NCBI GenBank assembly: GCA_036918135.1
Contig: JBALDB010000055.1
Location: 1 to 64,000, forward strand
Source: Nostoc sp.
GTDB lineage: Bacteria; Cyanobacteriota; Cyanobacteriia; Cyanobacteriales; Nostocaceae
Direction of reading: 5' to 3'
Length of the DNA: 64,000 bases
The notes below the pieces were generated by a model. That model worked only from the letters and a program-made list of their open reading frames with translations. It searched no databases and was not told the origin of the DNA. Made by a program: the position numbers and the translations under genes. Position 1 is the first letter of the stretch. Each line of letters opens with the position of its first letter. Shown here one piece after another: positions 54,137 to 64,000 of this stretch.

Positions 54137-54589
54137 TTATGTTTTTGCTTCTATTGAAAGGGAATGTTGAGGTTTAAATTCTGCCCATTCTTTGCATATA
54201 GCTTGGTAACATTGCGGTGGTGTAATAGGTAAATTAGTTAAAGAGAAAAACCCAGCCTGATTACCGTATTCCAACAAAAACACAACATCTATATGAGGAT
54301 TATACTTATCTACAGCTTCGAGAATATGAGCATTCATGAAGTGTCTTTGTAAAAGTACAGTATCGGGTGCTGCTAACCAAGCATTTAAGAAAGCTGCAAG
54401 ATTTTTACGCGGGATAAAATGCGCTCTAAATGTTTCACCACTCATACTTAAATACTGAGAATTGGTACTGCAAATTACCACACTGCGTTCTCCTCCTAAA
54501 TAACCAACCCAAGCGTTGTAACCAATTGCCAATAAGTTAGTGGCGATAAAATCTTGTTGCCAATCTTGAGTGTTTATTTCTGTAGTCAT
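54137..54589 (-). CDS. Hypothetical protein
   Basis: 150 aa ORF. Confidence 0.7.
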   Translation of the reverse strand: MTTEINTQDWQQDFIATNLLAIGYNAWVGYLGGERSVVICSTNSQYLSMSGETFRAHFIPRKNLAAFLNAWLAAPDTVLLQRHFMNAHILEAVDKYNPHIDVVFLLEYGNQAGFFSLTNLPITPPQCYQAICKEWAEFKPQHSLSIEAKT

Positions 54590-54742
54590 CTCAAATTAAC
54601 CTCATAAATTGATAACTGCCAAAGTTGGATGGAATAACACAGATGACTCTCAAAAATAGTGCGTGCTGCTAACCCTTCAGCAATTGGCTTTTCTAACCAA
54701 CGCTTAAACACCCAACGAGCGAGTGTATGTAATGGAGGAACT

Positions 54743-55165
54743 GCGATCGCACCCAACACTTCTTCATCTTTAGTTCAGGGTTGTACAGCCAGTGTTTTAC
54801 CCGTTTACAGCAAATTCTTTTATGAAAAGTGGGCAAAGGGTTCAGTACCCATCGCACCGCCTTACATTCAGGATAATTTATGGTTCTATGTCGAGAATAA
54901 AACACTGGATCAGAAAAAAGTGGTGAAAGCGATCGCTACAATCCAACAATGGATTGACACTGGAATTTCAATGGAACTACTGTTTAATCTCAACGCTGGA
55001 GTTTATTTTCCTGACGAACCAGAGCGTTGTCTTACAGCTGTTGATATTTTTGAAACCCTAATGCTGGCTTGGGAATTGGGTTGTAAAGCAATCTACTATA
55101 TTCGCACTGTCCAAAAAGACAGTTTTAAAGAATCGAGCGAACAATGTGTTGCTTGTGCAAATTAA
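54743..55165 (+). pseudogene. nrdA: Class I ribonucleotide reductase alpha subunit, C-terminal fragment
   Basis: AIAPNTSSS, QQWIDTGISM, KAIYYIR, terminal CVAC; homology begins at HIP1 54743. Confidence 0.88.
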
Positions 55166-55167
55166 CT

Positions 55168-55200
55168 AGGGAGTAGGGAGTGGGGAGTAGGGAGTAGGGA
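55168..55200 (+). repeat. STRR heptamer (GGGAGTA)n; inverted copy at 55614-55632
   Basis: Tandem heptamers flanking the four-helix-bundle gene. Confidence 0.85.
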
Positions 55201-55569
55201 TTAAGAAAGCTTTGCTTTCAAGGATTTTTGTAAACCTCGAAGCATTCGTTGTATTTCGTCAGTTTTGGTTAGGATTTATTTGAGTTTAGGATTGGTTATG
55301 TATTCCAATTGTTCGGCTACAATTAGTTGGGTTTCAAGTTCCGCCAAAGAACCGAGAGCGAACGCTATAAATCTAAGGAATTCTTATGTTGAATCTCTAG
55401 CATGACCTTCTGCCAAATTTGATGGTATCGATACTGCCACCCGTTGCATTTGGCTACTCAAACTATATGTTTCAGACTTAGGAAAATCTCGTGTTAATAG
55501 ATAAACTTGCTTGGTCAAACTTATACCCAACTGCCAAACTTTCAAATCCCGATAACTATTAATTGTCAT
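55201..55569 (-). pseudogene. Four-helix-bundle (23S rRNA IVS/bAvd-like) protein with two nonsense codons
   Basis: SYRDLKVWQ...SIPSNLAEG...GSLAELETQL; TAA at 55384-55386 and 55276-55278. Confidence 0.85.
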
Positions 55570-55645
55570 AGATGCTGAATCAGTATATATATCTTTTTTA
55601 ATCTTACTCCGCATTCCCTACTCCCTACTCCCTTTCAACAGAAAA

Positions 55646-56704
55646 ATGTACCAACCAAGACAATCTTTAATGCCGATTAATCCTGTTTTCAATCCGAACG
55701 GAAATGATGATACAGGAAACCGTTTGATATGGTTCGGAGAGACTACGAACTTAATGCAACTAAACGACGTTCGTTACTCGTGGGCTGTGTCTCTCTACCG
55801 TCAAATGCGTGAGAACTTCTGGGTTCCTGAAAAGATTGATATTACTCAGGACGTAACAGATTACGTCAATCTCACACCTAGAGAACGACGTGCATTTGAT
55901 GGCATCCTTAGTTATCTCACCTTTCTCGATTCAGTACAAACCTGTAATGTGCCTCACATCAAAAACAGTGTCACTGCACCAGAAATAGCGCTGTGCATGG
56001 CGGAACAAATTTCCCAAGAAGCAATGCACAATCAGTCTTATCAATACATTATTGAGACAGTGATTCCCAGCGATCGCCGGACACACGTCTATGATTTTTG
56101 GCGGAGCGATCGCATTCTCAAACAACGATGCGAATTCATTGCTGGATTATATCAAAAGTATGTCGATAACCCGACACCAGAAAATTATTTTGTATCGCTG
56201 TTAGCAGATTATTTGTTGGAAGGATTGTATTTCTACAACGGGTTTATATTTTTCTACAATCTGTCATCACGAATGCTGATGTCTGGAAGTGCCGATATTT
56301 TTAGAATGATTAACCGAGATGAACTCTCCCATGTGCGACTGTATCAAAAGTTGATTCCAGAAGCGATGCAAGTTTTTCCCCACAGCCGCGAACAAATTTA
56401 TGAAATGTTTGCTTTAGCTGTTGAGCATGAATGCAAGTGGACAGAACATATTGTTGGAGATAATATTCTTGGGATTACGGCAAATAGTACAGAACAGTAC
56501 ACAAAATATCTGGCAAATGCTCGCTTGAAGGCGATCGGTTTAAAGCCATTATTTCCAGAAGCTATCTACAAGAAAAGCCCCTATACTCACTTGGAACGTT
56601 TCTCAGATACTAAAAAAGAAGCGAATACAAAAGCAAACTTTTTTGAGGCGAGTGTGACCAGTTATGTTATGTCATCTAGCATTGAAGGTTGGGATGATTT
56701 CTAA
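55646..56704 (+). CDS. nrdB: Class I ribonucleotide reductase beta subunit
   Basis: NFWVPEKI, LDSVQ, EAMHNQSY, LEGLYFYNGF, RDELSH, NFFE. Confidence 0.95.
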   Translation: MYQPRQSLMPINPVFNPNGNDDTGNRLIWFGETTNLMQLNDVRYSWAVSLYRQMRENFWVPEKIDITQDVTDYVNLTPRERRAFDGILSYLTFLDSVQTCNVPHIKNSVTAPEIALCMAEQISQEAMHNQSYQYIIETVIPSDRRTHVYDFWRSDRILKQRCEFIAGLYQKYVDNPTPENYFVSLLADYLLEGLYFYNGFIFFYNLSSRMLMSGSADIFRMINRDELSHVRLYQKLIPEAMQVFPHSREQIYEMFALAVEHECKWTEHIVGDNILGITANSTEQYTKYLANARLKAIGLKPLFPEAIYKKSPYTHLERFSDTKKEANTKANFFEASVTSYVMSSSIEGWDDF

Positions 56705-56770
56705 GAGAGGTTTATTATTGGTTTAGATGTGCAGACGCGATATATCGCGTTTTTATAATCCTCCATGAAG

Positions 56771-56907
56771 GGTGGTTATACGGAAAAATTCGGTATAATA
56801 CCCAAACAAGGGGGTAAAAAAGAAGTTTTCCGTATATTCAGACAGGAATTCGTTGTAATGCTTGATATATTAGGATTGAAAAAAGATTATACAGAAAGTT
56901 TCCGTAT
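56771..56907 (+). repeat. ~137-bp repeat with internal palindromes; second copy at 60202-60338
   Basis: Diverged direct repeat containing TATACGGAAAAATTCGGTATA-type dyads. Confidence 0.8.
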
Positions 56908-56973
56908 AATAAATAGTTATGCATACTTTTTGAGGAAAGGTGAACAGACTCAAGTCCTCTTGCTTCGTTATGA

Positions 56974-57816
56974 TTGATTACTGACCAATCAAGTTGTTAC
57001 GCAGCTTTTCTGACAAACCACCTTGATTCTATGGAAACATTTGAAGCAAAAATCCTTGAGATTGCTAGAAAGCAGCCCAATTCCGAAGCTCAATACTACT
57101 CAATAACTTTTACTGCCAACTCAAGCGGAGAAGTGTTTTCGTCATGCTACTCTCACTTTGTTGGATGGGAGAATTCAGAAAGACGGATTGAGTTACGGGC
57201 AGCTTCATTAGTTAAAGCTGATACAATACTGAACTTTTATCGAAGCATTGGAGAAAGTTGTCTAGTTATCGACAGTTTTGAAGAGGTGGCTATTTTCCTG
57301 CTTTATGGTGGACATGGTTTAGTCGAGAAGACCGTTGCTAAAAACGCCCTTGCAGATGAACTCAAACCTCAGCCGTGTATTTGGACTAATGAATTTGGTG
57401 GGTTTAAGCATCCTTTATCCTTACCAAAAGAAGTGTTCAATCGCGCTCCTTCTCCAAAGCAACGGATGAGGGTTATGCAAAGAGATGATTTTCGATGTCG
57501 CGTCTGTGGGCGCAGGCCGGCTGATTATGTTGATGTTGAGTTGCATATTCACCATATTCGACCGTGGGCGCAGGGCGGGATAACGCAAGATGAAAATCTC
57601 ATCACCCTTTGCCACACTTGTCATAAAGGACTAGATCCGCACTACAATCCAAAGCTGTTCGATTTAATTTCATCAACAAGAACAGAAATCGATCCAGAAC
57701 AGCCATCGGAACTTTATTGGCAAGGTGTTCAGTAGTACTACGAGACAATGACAAAAATGCTGTCCGGGAAGATAGGTGTTGGTAAGAAGTCTAAACAACG
57801 CAAGAAAGCAAAGTAA
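56974..57816 (+). CDS. HNH endonuclease (probable premature TAG at 57733-57735)
   Basis: RDDFRCRVCG, LHIHHIRPW, GG...NLITLCHTCH; frame continues to TAA at 57816. Confidence 0.8.
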
Positions 57817-57832
57817 CGTGGTTGCGATGTAT

Positions 57833-57921
57833 GCCTAACAATCCCGTTGCACACCGACCGTATCAAGTTTCTGCGTTGCGTTCGAGAGGTTGTTTGCGGC
57901 GGGTGAACGGGGTCGTTGAAT
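57833..57921 (+). other. Integron attC-like site
   Basis: GCCTAAC ... CCCGTT(G)CAC / GTGAACGGG ... GTTGAAT, with extrahelical G; just downstream of the HNH gene. Confidence 0.75.
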
Positions 57922-58010
57922 AGTTGTAGCGATCGCCTCGCCACAATTGTTCATCAAACGTTAGATTTACTCAAAATCAAATCGGTATAATCAGTTGTAC
58001 AATCTCTCCC

Positions 58011-58782
58011 ATGTATGACGATACCTGCTGATTCCTTGCCGAACACATCTGGGCCGACTTCGCCAGTTGGCTGTTAGGAAAGCCTGTCACGATGACAGAA
58101 CTCAAACCCTCTGAACTCTCTCTCGATCCGATTCGCGCCGATGCCCTAATTTTGCTGCAATCAGACGAATCTGTTTTGCATATCGAGTTTCAAACATTTC
58201 CCAAGAACAATATTCCATTCCGTATTTTGGATTACCGCGTGCGAATGTACCGCAAAGATCCAACCAAACCAATGCGGCAAGTTGTGATTTACCTGAAGCA
58301 GACTAGCTCAGAGTTGGTTTATCAAACGAGTTTCACAATGGAACGCACACGTCATGAATTTGATGTCATTCGATTGTGGGAGCAACCTGCCTCACTCTTT
58401 TTGCAATATCCTGGACTATTGCCCTTTGCTACACTGGGACAGACGGCATAATCCAGTAGAGACATTACGCCAAGCAACTGAGATTGTAGATCGGATTCAA
58501 GACCCAACGACACAGGCGAATTTGATAGCAGCCTCAGCAATTCTGGCTGGGTTAAGATTAGAGCAAGACATAATTTATAGTCTAGTGCAAAGAGACATTA
58601 TGCAGGAATCTGTGATTTACCGTTCGATTCAGGAAGAAGCAGAGGCAAGAAAACAGAGAGAGATTGCCAATAATTTACTAAGGGAAGGTTTACTGATTGA
58701 GATGGTTGCTCGTGTAATAGGCTTATCGATAGAGGAAGTTCAACAACTTCACCAGCAACTGAATCAGTCTCCACAAAATTAG
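58011..58782 (+). pseudogene. Rpn/PD-(D/E)XK (DUF4351-like) protein, disrupted
   Basis: MYDDTC*FLAE, IRADALILL, LHIEFQT, MQESVIY; nonsense codon and frameshift near 58445. Confidence 0.85.
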
Positions 58783-58977
58783 CCCCAACTGTGTGGCGAT
58801 CGCGTCGGTTTAGAGCAATTATGGACACAAGCTATCTACAAGAAAAGTCCCTATACTCACTTGGAGCGTTTTTCAGATACCAAGAAAGAAGCTTACACAA
58901 TAAATAGTTAGCTTGACTTGAACCTGTCTATGACTAACCTGCTACCCTCTATATGTAAGGTTCAGGAGTTAAGAAAA

Positions 58978-59628
58978 ATGGAAAAGGCATTTGGGCTAGA
59001 AGTTCCTGAAAATTTGGAGGATGCCTGCGAACTTAATCGAACAGCTTTGATCGTTTATGATATGCAAATAGGCATCTTTAGCCAGTTAAATGACGGCTCT
59101 AACATAAAAACTCAGGTCATAAAAGTTCTTCAAGCAGCGCGAGAAGTTGGTTTGCGCGTATTCTTTATGCGGCATATGTCATTACCCAAAGAATTGTCGG
59201 GTGTCTTTCAACTGAAGACAGCTAAGGCATGGCAAAGAGTAACCTCAGTTGATGATGTAAAACCTTGGTTTCTTCCTGACTCACCCGGATTTCAATTAAT
59301 TCCTGAAATAACTCCACTTCCTTCCGAAGGAATTTTTAATAAAATCACGATGTCTGCATTTGAGGGAACGCCTCTCGACATTGCCTTACGCGACTGTGGC
59401 ATTCACACTGTAATTATAGTAGGTGTAGCAACTGAAATCGGGATTGAGCCGACAATTCGCCATGCTGCCGATCTTGGCTATATCCCAATCATGGTCACTG
59501 ATGCTTGTGGAGCGGGTAATGAAGAAGCTGGTCAGCGAGCCGTTGCTAGCCTTAAATTTATGGGGGATGCCTTCTTCACAACTGTAGAGGAAATAAGCTT
59601 AATACTTCGCAAGAAAGCTAAAATCTAA
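58978..59628 (+). CDS. Isochorismatase/cysteine hydrolase family protein
   Basis: TALIVYDMQ, K..MSAFEGT, GVATEIGIEPT (usual catalytic Cys position appears to be Gly); probable ATG at 58978. Confidence 0.85.
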   Translation: MEKAFGLEVPENLEDACELNRTALIVYDMQIGIFSQLNDGSNIKTQVIKVLQAAREVGLRVFFMRHMSLPKELSGVFQLKTAKAWQRVTSVDDVKPWFLPDSPGFQLIPEITPLPSEGIFNKITMSAFEGTPLDIALRDCGIHTVIIVGVATEIGIEPTIRHAADLGYIPIMVTDACGAGNEEAGQRAVASLKFMGDAFFTTVEEISLILRKKAKI

Positions 59629-59657
59629 AGCGGTTTCAGGCGCAATCACAATGCACA

Positions 59658-59745
59658 GCCTAACAAACGTGTTGCAGCGGAACTTATCAGCCTGCCTAGT
59701 TGAGTTGCAAAGGCGATCGGCGTCCGCTGAACACAATCGTTACGG
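59658..59745 (+). other. Integron attC-like site
   Basis: GCCTAAC..GTGTT(G)CAGCGGA / TCCGCTGAACAC..GTT downstream of the isochorismatase gene. Confidence 0.75.
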
Positions 59746-59748
59746 AGG

Positions 59749-59970
59749 GACATTATGCAGGAATCAGTCATTTATCGGTCTATTCAGGAAGAGGCAGAGG
59801 CAAGAGCAGAAACAAGAAAGCAAAGAGAAATTGCCAATAATTCACTAAGGGAAGGCTTACCGATTGAGATGGTTGCTCGTGTAACAGGCTTATCAATTGA
59901 AGAAGTCCAACAACTTCAACAGCAACTGAATGAGTCTCCACAAAATTAGCCCCAACTGTATGGTGATCGC
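59749..59970 (+). pseudogene. Duplicated 3' fragment of the Rpn-like gene
   Basis: Near copy of 58594-58803. Confidence 0.85.
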
Positions 59971-60395
59971 GGCATAACAACCCGGTTGAAGCGCACTGAT
60001 AAAGAAAGGTTATCAGTGTTGTCGCAAAAGCGATCGCTGCACACAACTTTATGATTTTTGGCATTTGGTTGCTTTACAATGGACATTAAACCTTGAAATT
60101 AAGTGGCGGCAATGGATAATACGGATCATTGCCTAGTGGAGAATAGCTTGTCAGCTGACTTAGTATCTGCGACAGAGTTACAGCGCTAATGCGTCAGAGT
60201 TGGTGGTTATATGGAAAAATTCGGTATATACCAGAATCAGGATGTAAAAAAGAATTTTCCGTATATTCAAATAGGAGTTCGTTGTAATGCTTCATATATT
60301 AGCAATTGAAAAAGAGATTATACCGAAACTTTCAGTATGTTGAGTTCAACAATAAGAAGAGAGCAAAACTCTCAAACTAACCTCTGAGTCTAGTT

Positions 60396-62654
60396 TTACT
60401 GCGATTTTACAGTTGTGTTTGCTTCCTCTCGCAAGACTTTCGTCGCTTCTACCATGTTTTTTAAAGCTGGAATCACCTCTGACCAACGACGAGTTTTCAA
60501 ACCACAATCTGGGTTCACCCAAATTTGTTTTACAGGTAAATTAGCAACTCCAGTCCGTAATTGCTCTAAAATCTGTTCAGTTGTCGGCACAACAGGACTA
60601 TGAATGTCATAAACTCCATTACCAACTTGATGTGAGTAGCCACCCTCTGTAATTTCTCGTAGAGTTTGATTGTTACTGCGACTATTTTCAATGGAAATTA
60701 CATCAGCATCTAACCGTTCGATATCCTTGATAATGTCACCAAATTCGCAGTAGCACATGTGAGTGTGAATTTGGGTTTGGGGTTGGGCTATTGCTGTCGC
60801 CAACCGAAATGCATCTACAGCCCAAGAAAGATATTCACTCCACCGTTGAGGCTTTAAAGGTAAACCCTCACGTAGCGCTGGTTCATCTACTTGAATTACC
60901 TTTGCACCAGCTGCTTCCAAATCCGCTACCTCATCCCGCAACGCTAAAGCAATTTGAAAAGCTTGTTCTGACTTGGAAACATCTATCTGAGGGTAAGACC
61001 AATTTAAGATAGTTACAGGAGCAGTCAACATCCCTTTTACAGGTTTTTCCGTCAATGATTGAGCTACTTTAAACTCACGTACCGTCATTGGCGTAGTGCG
61101 AACCACATCACCGTAAATAATTGGTGGACGGACGTAACGGCTACCATAGCTTTGTACCCAGCCATTTTCAGTGAAAGCAAAACCTGACAACTGCTGTCCA
61201 AAAAATTCCACCATATCGGTGCGTTCAAATTCACCGTGTACTAAAACATCTAACCCTAATTCCTCTTGTAGTTTAATACTTTTGGCTATTTGAGCATCAA
61301 TAGCAGCTTCATATTCTGACTGATTCAATTCACCCCTTTTATAACGCACCCGGAGTTGACGAACTTCAGAGGTTTGGGGAAAGGAACCAATTGTGGTTGT
61401 TGGGAACATCGGCAGAGGAATTTGAGAATCCAGCCGCAATCCGTAGGATAATGAGCGCTGAAAATCATCAATCTTCAGAGTTTTTAGTCTTTGTTGAACT
61501 GACTGATTGGCTGGACTAAACTCCTCGAATGTACTCCAGGTTGACTCAATAAATTCTTGCTCTATTTTAGTATTGTCACCTTTTATTGTTCGAGCCAAGA
61601 AAACCACTTCTTGAAGTTTCTGTTCGGCAAAGCTCAAGACATTGCGTAGCTGTGATGGTAATCGTTTTTCTCGTTTGGCATCGTAGGGAACGAACTGTAA
61701 GGAAGCAGATGGTTGAATATCTAGAGATGTTCCATGTAATGTCTCTACAATCTCTTGTAATATGGGAATAACTTTCTCTGGACGAACTTGCCAAATATTT
61801 CTTGCATCTATGATCCCTACTCCTAGTCGCTTATTTTGCGGGAAACCGTGAGTTTTGATTAACTCTGAGTTGCGTCCGCGTGTCAAATCTAAGCTAATAG
61901 CAGCAACTGGTAAATCTATTACCCAGGGGTAGGTTTCACCTAAGTCATCAAAATAAGTAACTAGATGCAAAGATATTCCTACTGCATCTAGCGAATTATA
62001 GACAGTTTGAAAATGTTCTTTACAAGAATTAGCATCACCTAAAACAAGTGCTGGCTCATGTATTTGTACTTCTGCTATTCCTAGATTCTTCAGTTCTGTA
62101 AGCAGGTTAACATAGAGTGGCAAGAGTTTTGATACTGCCTCGTCTATTTTTAATTCCAGTCGGCTCAAACGTAGTAGAGTGCATGGGCCCAACACTATAG
62201 GAATTGCTTTTTTACCCAATATATTTTGAGCGCGAGACACAGTTTCTATAAAGTCTCTGAAATCGGCTGGTAATATATCTGTTGCAATTTCTGGGACAAG
62301 ATAGTGGTAGTTAGTGTCAAACCACTTAGTCATTTCCAAGGCTGGAATTCCTTCTTGACCCCGCGCCATCACAAAGTAGCGTTCTAACCCACTAAATTGC
62401 TGAAATCTTTGAGGAATTAGACCAAAACGAAATATCCAATCAAGTACATGGTCGTAGAGAGTTGTGTCTCCAATACCAATGCGGTCAATTCCGGCTTCTA
62501 GTTGAGTTTTCCAGTTAGATTCCTCGACTTGTCGCATCGTTTGCAGTAATGATTCTGCCTCTAGCTTGCCACTCCAAAATGCTTCTAATGCTTTTTTAAC
62601 TTCCCGATTTTTACCGATACGAGGATAGCCTAATGTTGCGGTTTGAATCTGCAT
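60396..62654 (-). CDS. metE: Cobalamin-independent methionine synthase
   Basis: LGYPRIG, EMTKWFDTNYHY, TTTIGSFPQT, HTHMCY, NPDCGLKTR. Confidence 0.97.
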   Translation of the reverse strand: MQIQTATLGYPRIGKNREVKKALEAFWSGKLEAESLLQTMRQVEESNWKTQLEAGIDRIGIGDTTLYDHVLDWIFRFGLIPQRFQQFSGLERYFVMARGQEGIPALEMTKWFDTNYHYLVPEIATDILPADFRDFIETVSRAQNILGKKAIPIVLGPCTLLRLSRLELKIDEAVSKLLPLYVNLLTELKNLGIAEVQIHEPALVLGDANSCKEHFQTVYNSLDAVGISLHLVTYFDDLGETYPWVIDLPVAAISLDLTRGRNSELIKTHGFPQNKRLGVGIIDARNIWQVRPEKVIPILQEIVETLHGTSLDIQPSASLQFVPYDAKREKRLPSQLRNVLSFAEQKLQEVVFLARTIKGDNTKIEQEFIESTWSTFEEFSPANQSVQQRLKTLKIDDFQRSLSYGLRLDSQIPLPMFPTTTIGSFPQTSEVRQLRVRYKRGELNQSEYEAAIDAQIAKSIKLQEELGLDVLVHGEFERTDMVEFFGQQLSGFAFTENGWVQSYGSRYVRPPIIYGDVVRTTPMTVREFKVAQSLTEKPVKGMLTAPVTILNWSYPQIDVSKSEQAFQIALALRDEVADLEAAGAKVIQVDEPALREGLPLKPQRWSEYLSWAVDAFRLATAIAQPQTQIHTHMCYCEFGDIIKDIERLDADVISIENSRSNNQTLREITEGGYSHQVGNGVYDIHSPVVPTTEQILEQLRTGVANLPVKQIWVNPDCGLKTRRWSEVIPALKNMVEATKVLREEANTTVKSQ

Positions 62655-62729
62655 GATTTGTTATTCCTTTGAAGATTAAATAATTAGGCACTATGAACTG
62701 GAAACTGGTAATTTTCACCCAGTCTTCCA

Positions 62730-63140
62730 TTAACAACAACTTATGTTTAATTGCGTCCACTTACTTTGTGGTGGAATCTTTGCTAGAATTCCTTTTCTTA
62801 GAGGTTCAGGTCGTTCTGACCATAGTAGTGAACCATCACTTTTAGCATAGTATTGACTGGCACATTGCAATATTGCAGATGCAAAACTATCATTTGATAA
62901 ATCGCCAAACAAATAGGTTGGTTTCCCCGATCCAACAAAAGCAATTACACAAGAACGGTTACAAGCACTCATACATTCAACTCCCTGAATAGAGAATTTA
63001 TTTTGCAATTCCCAATTGAATGCAAGTTGTTGTAGATGTAGTAATAGTTGCTGACCGCCACTTTCTCCAATTCGCTTGCCATCTTGCCACACGCTAGCGC
63101 AGGTCGTGCAAACAAATAAAGTATGTTCTTTGTTGAGCAT
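62730..63140 (-). CDS. DUF1636-like metal-binding protein
   Basis: FVCTTC, VECMSACNRSC, YLFGDL; probable ATG at 63140. Confidence 0.8.
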   Translation of the reverse strand: MLNKEHTLFVCTTCASVWQDGKRIGESGGQQLLLHLQQLAFNWELQNKFSIQGVECMSACNRSCVIAFVGSGKPTYLFGDLSNDSFASAILQCASQYYAKSDGSLLWSERPEPLRKGILAKIPPQSKWTQLNISCC

Positions 63141-63629
63141 TAATTTTGATGTGTGTAGGATTAAGTCCCAAGCGCAGATATTACACAGTTTTGTCAGCAT
63201 GAAATCTAACCTTGCTGACTGTGCAATCTATCTGTTGCGAACTATTAGTAATAATTGACCAACAATTCCTTGATAGTAAAATCCGCAGATTTGTCTGTAG
63301 AATCAATTCAAAATCTCAAATTGGATCATCAGTATCAGGTCAGATGATACAAGAACAGCTGTTATCAAGTAGCTGTTGATGTCCTTTTAAAAAAAGACTA
63401 CTACTTTTTATATCAGTGATAATCGTGCCAAATAACCCAGTAGTACAGACACTTCCTGAAAAATACACTTTTAGACGCAATTTGTACCGCCAATTAACTA
63501 TTTATCATTTCCTCACAAGCCGTGACTTGAAGTGTATCTTTGGTGCAATGAAGAAATAAAATTGATTGATTGTAAAAATATTCATATTTGCGCTTATCTA
63601 TACCTCGTAGATTTTAGCAGGAGTTAACT

Positions 63630-63750
63630 GTTCGGCGGGCATTCTGACTCACAAGGCAAGCCTTGATTACAGCTGCGGGACAGCGCCGGATTTGCACCGT
63701 ACTTTCCCCCTTACGTCCGATGGCTGCTCCCCATCAGAACCGAGATTCCT
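63630..63750 (-). promoter_or_regulatory. Cobalamin riboswitch
   Basis: Reverse strand GGGGAAAGTACGGTGCAAATCCGGCGCTGTCCCGCAGCTGTAA...GAGTCAGAATGCCCGCC, upstream of DUF1636-metE. Confidence 0.93.
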
Positions 63751-64000
63751 TTGTATATTAACACAACTGGATTTGCTTGCGTAAGTTACTCCAAGCAATT
63801 AATGAAGCGATCGCATTGCTGATAGATCTAATTGTTTTGATATTCAACTACATTTACTACCTCACTGCTAGCAATGTCTCAACGACAAGCCAAACAAGCG
63901 TCTATGCCTCAGACCCCACCTTTATGGGAAAATATCGCAAATATTGCCTATCGCTCAAGCTGAAAAATGACCATCACCATTTCGCGACATAACTTTTTCG

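Noticed and set aside
55201..55569. DGR accessory (Avd) gene
   Set aside because: No reverse transcriptase or TR/VR pair nearby, and the gene is pseudogenised.
56765..56977. 70-aa ORF
   Set aside because: Coincides with the noncoding palindromic repeat, whose second copy does not preserve the frame.
63294..63308. TCTGTAGAATCAATT as a second bridge-RNA target
   Set aside because: Only a partial match to CAGTAGAATCAAA in AT-rich DNA; plausible by chance.

Overview
Filamentous-cyanobacterial (Nostoc-like) DNA, judged from abundant HIP1 GCGATCGC sites, heptamer STRR repeats and gene content. Positions <1-~15276 are the right part of an integrated phage- or plasmid-like element. It carries a putative structural module, a small tyrosine recombinase next to a lox/dif-like palindrome, a DpdA/TGT-like enzyme, a DnaB-N/RecA-type replicase with internal iterons, an RHH switch, an FtsK/HerA-like ATPase and an IS110-family recombinase. 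The main finding is a structured ncRNA just upstream of the IS110 gene that folds like a bridge RNA. Its guide segments match both halves of the element's right junction (AGAGT-GAAT-CAAA, 15268-15280). I did not see the predicted left junction (CAGTAGAATCACCC) anywhere in the 13.5 kb upstream, which suggests that the RNA-guided recombinase integrates the whole >15 kb element rather than a small IS. The rest of the window is chromosomal: a TetR regulon, DsbA, a TPR protein, a redox/carbohydrate cluster, a TA islet, MoxR, a chitin-binding-like protein, a decayed TonB/AraC locus, truncated nrdA plus nrdB, an attC-containing cassette patchwork, and metE/DUF1636 under a cobalamin riboswitch. Several rearrangement junctions fall exactly on HIP1 sites. 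All calls come from reading the sequence by eye; no database searches were run.
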